From positions 6,810,001 through 6,842,000 of the forward strand of contig NC_010628.1 of NCBI RefSeq assembly GCF_000020025.1: DNA of 32,000 nucleotides. Direction: 5' to 3'. Below, one piece after another: positions 9,417 through 18,206 of this stretch; the first letter of the stretch is position 1; each line of letters begins with the position of its first letter. A model generated the notes under the pieces. It did no database searches. It saw only the letters and a list, made by a program, of their open reading frames with translations, and had not been told where the DNA came from. The translations under genes were made by a program, and so were the position numbers. Origin of the DNA: Nostoc punctiforme PCC 73102. Its GTDB lineage: Bacteria; Cyanobacteriota; Cyanobacteriia; Cyanobacteriales; Nostocaceae.

Positions 9417-10283
9417 ATGGAAACCAAACAGCTAGGAAAAACAGGTGTCATCGTAAGTGCGATCGGTTTGGGCGGTATGCCCATGTCAATCTCTAATCGC
9501 CCTCCCGAATCGCAATCAGTCGAAGTTATTCATCGGGCTTTGGATTTGGGTATTACATTTGTTGATACCGCCGATTCTTACTGCAAAGATGAGTCAGAAA
9601 AACACCACAACGAGCGACTAATTCATAAGGCACTTACTAGTTATAAAGGCGATGTTAGCCAAATAATTGTGGCAACTAAGGGCGGTTTGATGCGTCCCGA
9701 TGGCAACTGGACAAGCAACGGTAACCCAGAACATTTGCGCGAAACAATTCGAGTCAGTTTTGAGGCGTTAGGTGGTGCCAAACCCATCGATGTTTGGCAG
9801 TACCATTCGCCCGATAGTAAGTACACCATTGAAGAATCTCTTGCGCCAGTGAAAGAAGCAGTGGAGGCAGGTTTGATTAGGTTTGTGGGAGTTTCTAACT
9901 TTTCCGTTGAACAAATTAAGCGGGCGCAAGATGTAGTAGATATTGTCTCGGTGCAGAATCAATACAGTCCTTGGCAACGACAGCCAGAAAAGGACGGCGT
10001 ATTGAAGTATTGCGAACAGCAAGAATTGACGTTTTTGCCTTGGAGTCCCTTTGGTGGTAGACGTCGCCATCAAGATTTACAAGATATTCCAGCGATCGCT
10101 AACTTAGCTAAAGAAAAAGGCGTGTCAGTGTATAATATCGTTCTAGCGTGGTTACGCTCCAAATCGCCCGCTATTTTGCCAATTCCTGGTGCTAGCAAGG
10201 TTTACAGCATCGAAGACTCAGTACAAGCTATCAATGTGAAATTATCTGAAGAAGAAGTACAAAAAATTGATCGCGCAACTTAA
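9417..10283 (+). CDS. Aldo/keto reductase family oxidoreductase
   Basis: METKQLGKTGVIVSAIGLGGM..., FVDTADSY, HSPD, GVSNFS and IPGASK are typical AKR motifs. The ATG at 9417 is preferred over the track's TTG at 9390. Confidence 0.9.
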   Translation: METKQLGKTGVIVSAIGLGGMPMSISNRPPESQSVEVIHRALDLGITFVDTADSYCKDESEKHHNERLIHKALTSYKGDVSQIIVATKGGLMRPDGNWTSNGNPEHLRETIRVSFEALGGAKPIDVWQYHSPDSKYTIEESLAPVKEAVEAGLIRFVGVSNFSVEQIKRAQDVVDIVSVQNQYSPWQRQPEKDGVLKYCEQQELTFLPWSPFGGRRRHQDLQDIPAIANLAKEKGVSVYNIVLAWLRSKSPAILPIPGASKVYSIEDSVQAINVKLSEEEVQKIDRAT

Positions 10284-10672
10284 TAATTTCACTAGCTAAC
10301 TTAAGTAAGTGAACGTAAATAATTGTCGTTGGGATAAGGCAATATGCAACAGGAAATAGGCAATAGGTATAAGGATTTTAGCCTAGTTCATTTTTCTTTA
10401 CATAGTTTGGTTTTATTGTGCCAACTTACTTATATTTAGTAAAAGTTGTTAAAGATTTGCGCTCACTTTTAGTTAGGTTAAGACAGCGTAATAACTTACT
10501 ATTCAGGTATTTGATGAAATAAGGGATATGTAAAGAAACAGTCTTTCCAAAAACAGGCGATCGCTTAAGCAACCCCGAAACGCTTCATCCGAAGCGTCCC
10601 GCTTGGTGGGAGAATAAAAACGATAAATGATGCAAACCTGGTGTTGTCCCCAGCCCAAAGGAACTCGTATAA

Positions 10673-11218
10673 ATGTGGAAAAGAATTGTATTAATTTTGC
10701 TATTGGTGTTGAGTTTCAGCCTGAGTAATTCTGATATAGCGGCTGCGGCTGGACTCAAAAGCTTTGTAGACACTAGTGATGGCTATCAGTTTTTATATCC
10801 TAACGGCTGGCTGCAAGTTAAAGTTGCCAACGGGCCAGATGTGGTTTTCCACGATTTGATTGAGGTATCTGAAAACGTTTCTGTTGTCATTAGCCCAGTT
10901 CCAGAAGGCAAAACTTTATCAGAATTGGGAACCCCAACAGAAGTAGGATATAAGTTGGGAAAAGCTGCTCTTGCGCCTCCTGACTCTGGTCGTTCGGCTG
11001 AATTAGTCAATGCCGCACAACGAGAAGTAGACGGTAAAACCTACTACCTTTTAGAGTATGAGGTTAAACTTCCCAATAAACAGCAACGGCATAACATCGC
11101 CAGCGTGGCTGTTAGCCGTGGCAAACTTTTTACCCTCAACGCCTCAATTCCTGAAAAACGCTGGCAGAGAGTTAAAGGAATGATTGATGAGGTTGTAAAT
11201 TCTTTTTCTGTCTATTAA
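10673..11218 (+). CDS. PsbP-like (CyanoP family) protein
   Basis: 181 aa with an N-terminal signal-like segment. FVDTSDGYQFLYPNGW, NVSVVISPV, YYLLEY and LFTLNASIPEKRW are typical PsbP-domain strings. Confidence 0.85.
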   Translation: MWKRIVLILLLVLSFSLSNSDIAAAAGLKSFVDTSDGYQFLYPNGWLQVKVANGPDVVFHDLIEVSENVSVVISPVPEGKTLSELGTPTEVGYKLGKAALAPPDSGRSAELVNAAQREVDGKTYYLLEYEVKLPNKQQRHNIASVAVSRGKLFTLNASIPEKRWQRVKGMIDEVVNSFSVY

Positions 11219-11234
11219 TAGGGAATAGGGAATA

Positions 11235-11295
11235 GGGAATGGGGAATGGGGGATAGAAAAGAAATTTAATCACCAATGCCCCATGCCCCGTACCC
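11235..11295 (+). terminator. Imperfect long hairpin formed by a G-rich heptamer (STRR1-like) array and its C-rich complement
   Basis: GGGAATGGGGAATGGGGGATAG (11235-11256) pairs with CCAATGCCCCATGCCCCGTACCC (11273-11295), about 17 of 22 positions by hand. It sits between the psbP-like stop and the maf start. There is no clear U-tract. Confidence 0.4.
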
Positions 11296-11319
11296 AATTA
11301 ACAAGCTTTTATAAATCTC

Positions 11320-11913
11320 ATGAAAATTCCACCTTTTGTACTTGCCTCAGCTTCCCCAGCTCGTCGCCGCTTGTTGGAAACTGTTGGTATTGAACCGATA
11401 GTTCGAGCCAGTGACTTTGACGAGTCGCAAATCCAATTAAGTGAACCAGCAGAATTGGTCAAAACTCTTGCCCAATGTAAGGCGGAAACTGTAGCCCCGC
11501 AGTTTGAATCAGCTTTGATTATGGGTTGTGATTCAGTTTTGTCCATGAATGGTGAAATTCACGGCAAACCAGCAGACACTTCTGAAGCGATCGCCCGTTG
11601 GCAGATAATGCAGGGTAACTTTGGCGACTTGTATACAGGTCACGCCTTAATAGACCTTGAGCAAAACCGCACTATAGTCAAGTCTCAAGTTACAAGAGTT
11701 TACTTTGCTCAAATGAGCGATCGCGCAATTCTTGCTTATGTTGCCACAGGTGAGCCCCTCAAGTGTGCTGGAGCCTTTGCCATTGAAGGTTTTGGCAGTT
11801 TCTTTGTTGAAAAAATTGAAGGCTGTCACAGCAATGTAATAGGACTCAGTTTACCCCTGCTCCGGCACATATTAGCGGAACTAGGATACGATGTCACTGA
11901 TTTTTGGCAATAG
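11320..11913 (+). CDS. maf: Maf-like nucleoside triphosphate pyrophosphatase
   Basis: 197 aa. [14 protein letters not shown] at the N-terminus, GCDSV, and the [18 protein letters not shown] motif. Confidence 0.9.
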   Translation: MKIPPFVLASASPARRRLLETVGIEPIVRASDFDESQIQLSEPAELVKTLAQCKAETVAPQFESALIMGCDSVLSMNGEIHGKPADTSEAIARWQIMQGNFGDLYTGHALIDLEQNRTIVKSQVTRVYFAQMSDRAILAYVATGEPLKCAGAFAIEGFGSFFVEKIEGCHSNVIGLSLPLLRHILAELGYDVTDFWQ

Positions 11914-11935
11914 TGATTATGGGGCTCGTTAATTT

Positions 11936-12583
11936 TCAGTGGTCAGTTGTTTGGCTATTTTCCAACACCTCTAACAAACTTTTCAACATTAAATAAGCAG
12001 AAGTCCCTCCTGGATCTTGATGTCCGATACTTCTTTCCCCCAGATAGCTAGCCCGTCCTTTTTTGGCCTGCATAGGTATAGTTTCTTGTAACCCCTTTTG
12101 GGCTATTGCTACAGCCTGTTGCATCGCTTCCAGCGTTCCCTTACTTTCTCCTACAGCCTGCCCAAAAGCGGTTACAGCTGGAGATAGCACATCTACCATT
12201 GTTTTGTCTCCTAGTTGCGCTTTGCCACGTTGCAGCACGCCGTCTAAGCCTGCCTGGAGTAGCCCCAACACATCTTGTTCTGTTAATTCTTGCTTATCTA
12301 CTACTGCTGTACTAGCTCGTAAAAACCAGGTTCCATAAAGAGGGCCACTAGCACCGCCAATGGAAGAAATCAAGGTCATACTCACAGCTTTGAGAATGTT
12401 GCTGATGTCCTTGTCTGTAAGAGTTGGTAACAGAATACTTACCTTTTTGAAGCCGCGATCCATATTTATACCGTGGTCAGCATCTCCGATCGCAGCATCT
12501 AATTCTGTCAAATAGGTTTTATTCTGCTCTATCTCAGTTGCATAAGCCTGCAACCATTGTAATATCTGCGCCTGACTCAACAT
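11936..12583 (-). CDS. dhaL: Dihydroxyacetone kinase, ADP-binding subunit DhaL (Dak2 domain)
   Basis: LDAAIGDADHGINM and GGASGPLYG motifs. Preferred start is the ATG at 12583 (MLSQAQILQWL...), 2 nt after the dhaK stop codon (TAA, 12586-12588). The track's longer ORF would overlap dhaK by 43 nt. Confidence 0.9.
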   Translation of the reverse strand: MLSQAQILQWLQAYATEIEQNKTYLTELDAAIGDADHGINMDRGFKKVSILLPTLTDKDISNILKAVSMTLISSIGGASGPLYGTWFLRASTAVVDKQELTEQDVLGLLQAGLDGVLQRGKAQLGDKTMVDVLSPAVTAFGQAVGESKGTLEAMQQAVAIAQKGLQETIPMQAKKGRASYLGERSIGHQDPGGTSAYLMLKSLLEVLENSQTTDH

Positions 12584-12585
12584 AA

Positions 12586-13656
12586 TTAGTCCCACCGCCA
12601 ACTTGGTGTTTTGACTGGTGCATCCCATAACCGGATCGTTTCATCATCTAATTTCAGCAGGGTAATTGAGCAACCTTGCATTTCTAGAGATGTAATATAA
12701 GGGCCGATTAAGTTTCGCACAATTTGCAATCCTTGCTGTTCGCAGATTTGGGCGAGTTTGCGGTAAACAATATACAGTTCGGAAACCGGAGTTCCACCCA
12801 TACTATTGACGAAAGCTAATAAGCGATCGCCTTTGGTAAATGGAAGATTTGTTAGTTCTACATCTACCCATTCTCCTTTGTCTTCATCCCACTCGCGCAG
12901 TGTGCGGCTGTATGCTGCATCTTCAAGGAGCGATCGCGTTAAAATTTCGGTAATCTCATCTACTGCTTTGATAGCTGTACGTTCTATTCCTGGTTCACCG
13001 TGGATACCGATACCTAATTCGATTTCGCGATCGCTCAATTCAAATGTCGGTGTTCCATTAGCTGGCACTGTACAAGATGTTAAAGCAATTCCCATACTCC
13101 GCCCATTCAGATTAACTCGGCGACATAAATTTGCTATTTGTGGCAAATCATACCCTGCCTCAGCCGCCGCGCCACAAATTTTTTCCGCTAGTATTGTTGT
13201 TCCTACACCCCGCCGTCCTTGGGTATAGAGGCTATCCTTCACTGCTACATCATCATCAATCAAAATATTTAGCGATCGAATGCCTTCACTACGGGCTAAC
13301 TCTGTTGCCATCTCAAAGTTCATGACATCGCCACTGTAATTTTTGACGATGTAAAGGATACCAGAGCCTCCATCTACAAGCTTTGCTGCTTCTAGCATTT
13401 GGTCAGGAGTCGGTGAAGTGAAAACCTCACCAGGACAAGCTGCATCAAGCATTCCTTTGCCCACGAAGCCAGCGTGCATTGGTTCATGTCCACTGCCACC
13501 ACCTGAAATAATTGCTACTTTACCCGGAATAGGTGCATTGGCTCGATAGACAAAAGCTGGATCGTAGTTTACTTTAATTAAATCGGAATGAGCCGCCGCC
13601 ATACCTTCTAGACTTTCTCGCACAAAGTCTTCCGGCTTGTTGATCAGCTTTTTCAT
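12586..13656 (-). CDS. dhaK: Dihydroxyacetone kinase, dihydroxyacetone-binding subunit DhaK (Dak1 domain)
   Basis: 356 aa. [26 protein letters not shown] and [11 protein letters not shown] are canonical Dak1 strings. Confidence 0.95.
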   Translation of the reverse strand: MKKLINKPEDFVRESLEGMAAAHSDLIKVNYDPAFVYRANAPIPGKVAIISGGGSGHEPMHAGFVGKGMLDAACPGEVFTSPTPDQMLEAAKLVDGGSGILYIVKNYSGDVMNFEMATELARSEGIRSLNILIDDDVAVKDSLYTQGRRGVGTTILAEKICGAAAEAGYDLPQIANLCRRVNLNGRSMGIALTSCTVPANGTPTFELSDREIELGIGIHGEPGIERTAIKAVDEITEILTRSLLEDAAYSRTLREWDEDKGEWVDVELTNLPFTKGDRLLAFVNSMGGTPVSELYIVYRKLAQICEQQGLQIVRNLIGPYITSLEMQGCSITLLKLDDETIRLWDAPVKTPSWRWD

Positions 13657-13772
13657 AATCCGTGTTTGGTTAAAAGGTTGCTAAAACTCAGGTTATAGCG
13701 CTTCTCGTTTCTATGCAATAGAGTCTGACCTCTATCTAAATCTCTCTTCTAGAAAGCTACGGTATTGCATAA

Positions 13773-13940
13773 GCATTGCAAGTTGATGCATAGGCATTGC
13801 AGGTTGATGCACTAGCATTGCAAGTCCATGCATTAGCATTGCAAGTCCATGCATTAGCATTGCAGGTCGACGCTTTAGCATTGCAGGTCGATGCACTAGC
13901 ATTGCAAGTCGATGCATTGGCATTACAGGTCAAGATGTGC
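13773..13940. repeat. Tandem repeat, 21-bp unit GCATTGCA(A/G)GT(C/T)(G/C)ATGCA(T/C)TA. Seven good copies plus one degenerate copy.
   Basis: Read directly. Units start at 13773, 13794, 13815, 13836, 13857, 13878 and 13899, with a degenerate unit at 13920. The array lies 117-284 nt upstream of the dhaK start codon. Confidence 0.9.
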
Positions 13941-14019
13941 GGCAGCTTTAAAAGACTTTTGTGTACATCGTATCAGTTATGTTAGTTTTTTCCTGGGCTT
14001 TTCCATATCTCGTGAAATA

Positions 14020-14047
14020 GTAGGGGCGCAAGACCTTGCGCCCCTAC
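14020..14047 (-). terminator. Perfect GC-rich hairpin GTAGGGGCGCAAG-AC-CTTGCGCCCCTAC downstream of the ferredoxin-MBL gene
   Basis: 13-nt arms read directly, located 34 nt after the minus-strand stop at 14081. Only a weak T-tract (CTATTTC) follows on the minus strand. It may also be a dispersed repeat hairpin. Confidence 0.45.
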
Positions 14048-14080
14048 TGCGTGGTCTTTTATCTGAAAATAGCTGTAATG

Positions 14081-14956
14081 TCAATCCAAAGATTCCATTA
14101 ACTCAATACACTTGTGCATCTGCTGGCGCATGGTTTCCTTATCAGCATGAAACCTTCGCCCATGACCTGGTAGCACCCACTCAAAAGAGTAATTAGCTAA
14201 GTTACGCATTGATTTAGTTTGTTCTGACCAAGAATACCAGCAGGCATTGTGGAATGCAGCCAGTTGATGCAAGCTTTCTGACCAAGCGAGATGGTCGCCA
14301 GTGAAGAGAAACTTATTTTTGTAGAGTAGGACAGTTTGTCCTTTAGTGTGACCGGGAACTGGAATAATTAAGAAATCTGGAGTCAAGGCAAATGGTTCGG
14401 AACCAGTTAGCTGTATTTCTACATTGCGAGTATCCGCAGTAATATCATCAGCATGAAGGATGCGATCGCACTGAAAATGCTCGGCAAACTTTTGATGATC
14501 TGCCACATCATCCTTATGAGTTAGGTACATATAACGAATCGACCCCAGTTCTTCTAAACGCTTGACTAAAGGCGGCGTAAACCGGGGAGAATCCACCAAA
14601 ATGTTACCTTCTGGAAGTTGAATTAAATAGCTAGCAGCACCATAAGATTTTTCAGAATGATAGCCGCAGTGGTAAATATTTTCTGTTACTAATATTGGAA
14701 AGCTTTGTTGAACAGTTTTGATATCTTTTGGCTTTTCAACTGTGCCAATGGAACTGGTAGGACAAGCTAAAAGTGCTTGCAGTGCAGCTAATCTTTCCGC
14801 CTCATTCGTTGGTTGATGATAAACAGCCGATTGATCGTCAACATCATAAAATACTTCAGGAGCCATCCAGCGACAGGTATCACAATCAATACAGGTAGTA
14901 TCTACATAAAAATCGCCGTTGACATTTTGAGAGCGACGCTGATTTAAATGAGCCAT
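14081..14956 (-). CDS. MBL-fold metallo-hydrolase with an N-terminal ferredoxin-like [4Fe-4S] domain
   Basis: The N-terminus has C-x2-C-x2-C ... CP (CIDCDTCRW...ACPTSS). The remainder has beta-lactamase-fold strings (YLTHKDDVADH, PGHTKGQ, TGDHL, LPGHG). Confidence 0.75.
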   Translation of the reverse strand: MAHLNQRRSQNVNGDFYVDTTCIDCDTCRWMAPEVFYDVDDQSAVYHQPTNEAERLAALQALLACPTSSIGTVEKPKDIKTVQQSFPILVTENIYHCGYHSEKSYGAASYLIQLPEGNILVDSPRFTPPLVKRLEELGSIRYMYLTHKDDVADHQKFAEHFQCDRILHADDITADTRNVEIQLTGSEPFALTPDFLIIPVPGHTKGQTVLLYKNKFLFTGDHLAWSESLHQLAAFHNACWYSWSEQTKSMRNLANYSFEWVLPGHGRRFHADKETMRQQMHKCIELMESLD

Positions 14957-15373
14957 ATTAATCCTTTTGCTTCCACCAGACGCTTACTGGGGAGCGATAA
15001 ACCTTATATCACTACGCTAGCAAAAGTTACTTGAGACTGTAGACACCACTAGAAGTAAATCCGCTCAAAAATATAAAGACTTGTGAAACCCAGTAAGCAG
15101 AAAATGGGAAAACTGAACATAGACACCATCTGCTTATTCCCAAATATACTTTACTGCTCTAATTCCAGTTGTTCAAATCCATTTAACTCTAATAACAAAT
15201 TGTTTATCTCCTGGGAACTAGATTAATGATTCGATTCTTCTCTGAGTAGTTCTCAATTGAAATGCCAGATTTTTATGTTTTTAACAAGAACAGCGGCAAA
15301 GGTGCAACAATATGGTCTTTACTTATGTGAAAATGAACTTAGTCAAAAATCATACTCTGGGTTGATCATCTAA

Positions 15374-16243
15374 ATGAGCAGTAATGATCAAATCAAAATT
15401 CTGTTTCTGGCAGCAGATCCCAGTAATGCTGCACGATTACGCTTGGGGCAAGAGTTGCGTGATATTCGTGAAAAACTGCAACTAGCAAAAGAGCGAGACA
15501 GATTTATTCTAGACTCCCGTGAATCTGTACGTCTGGGAGATATCAGCCAGGCTATATTCGATGTTGAACCGCAGATTGTGCATTTTTCTGGACATGGAAC
15601 CAGTACGGGTGAGCTTTGTTTTGAAGATTTACTAGGAGAATACCAACCTGTACAACCCGATGCTCTAGCAGCGTTATTTGAACTAGTAGCCGATCAAATA
15701 AATTGTGTGGTGTTGAATGCTTGCTATTCCGAAGCTCAAGCAAAAGCGATCGCACAACATATTTCTTTTGTCATTGGCATGAATAAAGAAATTGGAGATC
15801 AAGCCGCGATCGCTTTTGCTGTTGGTTTTTACAAAGCATTGGCAGCAAGGCGGACGATAGATCAAGCTTACAAGTTCGGTTGTGTCGAAATTAGATTGCA
15901 AGGCATTGCAGAACATTTGACTCCAGTTCTGTACACCAAACAAAACTCAGTGTCTCCAGTCTCAGAGGTACAGCAGATAGACTCCAACAAATCAACTGGA
16001 GTAACCAATGCACAGTCAACTAGTTTAAATCTGGGGCAAAGGCAGCGAATTTTACAGGAAATCGAAAGCCTCCAGCAACAGTATGATTTATTAAGTCAGA
16101 AATTGAGCCGCCTACGGTTGGATTTAGTGATAGAATCTGGCACTGTCATCAAGTTTCAGTTAGAAAAGCAGATTGAAAATGCTGAAGCTGAAAGAACACA
16201 ACTTACTCAAAGGATCGAGCAGCTAGAAAATAGCCTGCAATAA
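15374..16243 (+). CDS. Minimal CHAT/caspase-like cysteine protease domain plus a C-terminal helical adaptor module
   Basis: KILFLAADP...IVHFSGHG (His74 candidate, nt 15593-15595) and VVLNACYS (Cys117 candidate, nt 15722-15724) fit the caspase-fold His/Cys dyad arrangement of CHAT domains. Residues ~225-287 are a predicted helical hairpin homologous to the N-terminus of the next ORF. Confidence 0.75.
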   Translation: MSSNDQIKILFLAADPSNAARLRLGQELRDIREKLQLAKERDRFILDSRESVRLGDISQAIFDVEPQIVHFSGHGTSTGELCFEDLLGEYQPVQPDALAALFELVADQINCVVLNACYSEAQAKAIAQHISFVIGMNKEIGDQAAIAFAVGFYKALAARRTIDQAYKFGCVEIRLQGIAEHLTPVLYTKQNSVSPVSEVQQIDSNKSTGVTNAQSTSLNLGQRQRILQEIESLQQQYDLLSQKLSRLRLDLVIESGTVIKFQLEKQIENAEAERTQLTQRIEQLENSLQ

Positions 16244-16283
16244 AAATAGTAGTATCTCAATAGTTGGGTATCAAAACTCATAG

Positions 16284-17264
16284 ATGTCTTCAGTTCGGCA
16301 TTTACAGCAAAAACGGGAAGAACTTCAACAACACTACGATGCGTTTAGCGAGAAGATAAAGTTGTTGCGGAATCAACACGCCATTGAAGCGGGGGCTTCA
16401 GTAGCTTTTCAACTAGACAAAGAAATTGAGCGGGTTGAGAAAGAACGCGATCGCCTCCTGAAGCAGATTCAGATTCTTGAGAGGTCTTGCAAGAGTGAGC
16501 CAATACACAGTGAACTGTTTCGCCTCAACTACATAGCACAGGTACAGTTATTCCGAGAATTTATTACAGAAAAACGTATAGGAGCTTTCTTAGTTCATGG
16601 TTCGCCAGAATATGGTCAAATCTGGTTACTGAAGCGTTTGTTACAGAAAATTCCTGAAAGTACAGTGACTTCCCCAATCCCATTTCATCTCAAACGCAGG
16701 GCACTTAGGAGTGATATTGCAGCCCTATGGAGAGAGTTAGGCCGTCAGATCGGAGTACAAAATTTTTCATCCCATGAGGAGATTGCCAGGAATGTAGTAG
16801 CTCAATTAAAAACCCAACATATCATCCTAGTTTTTCACGATCTCGATTGCATTGATGAAACCTATCTGCACGAATTAATCCGTGATTTTTGGTTGCCCCT
16901 GGTAAACTCAACCCCACAGACAATTTGCTCAAGCAACGAATTTTTTCTACTGATGTTTTTGCTTGACCAAGATGGTTGTGTCAACACTTGGAATCTTGAG
17001 TTTGCAGATCGGTTCGATCTGGTATGGAAACCCCATATTCCCATTAGGCTACCAATGATTGACACTTTATCTGAGCAAGTCTTACTTAACTGGATGGAAA
17101 ATGCAATTGATGTTCTACCAATCCAGATGACTAAAAAAATTGACTATACAGTTCAGGTGATTTTAGAGAAGAGTGAAGGCATTCCAGAGCGTGTGTTTGC
17201 TGAAATTTTTGGTTTGTGTGGCTGTAACTGGCAGGAGGAAGAAACCCGGTGGTTAGAACTTTAG
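16284..17264 (+). CDS. Helical adaptor module plus a degenerate (probably non-hydrolysing) P-loop NTPase-like domain
   Basis: Residues 5-68 align with the C-terminus of the upstream CHAT protein. The Walker A position reads GSPEYGQI instead of G-x4-GK[ST] (nt 16599-16622). A Walker B-like IILVFHDLD is retained. Confidence 0.55.
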   Translation: MSSVRHLQQKREELQQHYDAFSEKIKLLRNQHAIEAGASVAFQLDKEIERVEKERDRLLKQIQILERSCKSEPIHSELFRLNYIAQVQLFREFITEKRIGAFLVHGSPEYGQIWLLKRLLQKIPESTVTSPIPFHLKRRALRSDIAALWRELGRQIGVQNFSSHEEIARNVVAQLKTQHIILVFHDLDCIDETYLHELIRDFWLPLVNSTPQTICSSNEFFLLMFLLDQDGCVNTWNLEFADRFDLVWKPHIPIRLPMIDTLSEQVLLNWMENAIDVLPIQMTKKIDYTVQVILEKSEGIPERVFAEIFGLCGCNWQEEETRWLEL

Positions 17265-18206
17265 ACGGAAAGCGGCTGAAATATATAGGTAAGGTTCAAC
17301 CCCAGCCAGGAGAGCAAGACCCGGAGACGGGTCAAATCTTGTATCCTTACCTGCCGAGTGAGAAATTGGTAGAGGCTGTGAATTTAGCGATCGCCCTCGA
17401 ACGCCCCTTACTATTAAAGGGAGAACCAGGATGCGGCAAGACAAAATTGGCTCGTGCTGTGGCTTATGAGTTGGGTTTACCCTATGAAGCTTGGTACATC
17501 AAATCTACCAGTCGAGCGCGGGATGGTCTTTATACTTATGATGCCGTTGGCAGGTTGCGGGATGCTCAACTTGCTGCCTCCAAAATAGATGAAGAAGCCG
17601 CAATCAAAGCAAAAAATGCTGATGACTACGTAGAGTGGGGACCGTTAGGACGTGCCTTTCGCAATGAGCAGCCAACTGTAGTTTTAATTGATGAAATAGA
17701 TAAAGCTGACATTGACTTTCCTAACGATCTGCTGTTAGAGCTTGATGAGCAAAGGTTTGAAGTCACAGAAGTAAAACAAAACAGTCCGCTCAAGAAAATT
17801 CAGGCGAAAGCAACACCAATTGTTTTGATCACTAGTAACGATGAGAAAGAAAGACTTGCCTGATGCTTTCTTACGTCGTTGTTTATTTCACTATGTTAAA
17901 TTCCCTGAACGTCAGCAATTAATTGATATTGTCAAAACTCGGTTTTCGGTTTCGCCTTTGGAATTGGTGGACGCAATTATTGACCGCTTTTTAGAACTGC
18001 GTGAAGAGATGCGGCGAGATAAGGGCGAAGCTGGTAAAAAGGTCAGTACCAGCGAACTGATGGATTGGGTGCGGATTCTTAATCATCAAGATGATGAAAT
18101 TCTCAGCAAGTTAAAAACAGAACTCTTGTATCCTGGGGTGTTGCTGAAGAGTTGGGATGATTACCGCCGCTATGGTGAACAGATGCGATCGCAGCCAGAA
18201 GTATGA
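17249..18206 (+). pseudogene. MoxR-type AAA+ ATPase (CoxD/AAA_5-like), reading frame interrupted at 17845-17863
   Basis: The first ORF (17249-17863, GTG start) carries Walker A GEPGCGKT, Walker B VVLIDEIDKAD and sensor-1 ITSN. The second ORF (17841-18206, +1 frame) continues with DLPDAFLRRCLFHYVKFP, the arginine-finger region. Together they make one ~317-aa MoxR. The stop overlaps the vWA start (ATGA). Confidence 0.9.
17845..17853 (+). other. Frameshift site in the MoxR gene: apparent 4-nt tandem duplication (GAAA GAAA)
   Basis: As written, GAT GAG AAA GAA AGA CTT GCC TGA reads DEKERLA-stop. Deleting one GAAA gives GAT GAG AAA GAC TTG CCT GAT GCT TTC, reading DEKDLPDAF, which is continuous with the downstream ORF. 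Confidence 0.7.

Noticed and set aside
12063-13325. Antisense ORFs within dhaL/dhaK (12063-12338, 12106-12315, 12806-13228, 13131-13325)
   Set aside because: They are opposite well-supported Dak1/Dak2 coding sequence. The translations are Ser/Pro/Ala-rich with no recognisable motifs.
13773-13940. Possible CRISPR array
   Set aside because: The repeats are directly abutting 21-bp units with no unique spacers, and no cas genes are in the window. It is a minisatellite, not a CRISPR.
13732-13985. ORFs 13732-13923 (-) and 13797-13985 (+), encoding repetitive MLMHGLA / ALALQVD peptides
   Set aside because: They are a by-product of the 21-bp (7-codon) tandem DNA repeat being open in several frames on both strands. 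They lie in the dhaK upstream region and have no credible start context or non-repetitive flanking protein sequence.
15097-15136. TAAGCAGA ... TCTGCTTA 8-bp inverted repeat and the TAGACACCA direct repeat upstream of the CHAT gene, as an operator
   Set aside because: They are short, in an AT-rich spacer, and the arms are not arranged as a simple nested hairpin. The signal is too weak to call without a TSS or comparative data.
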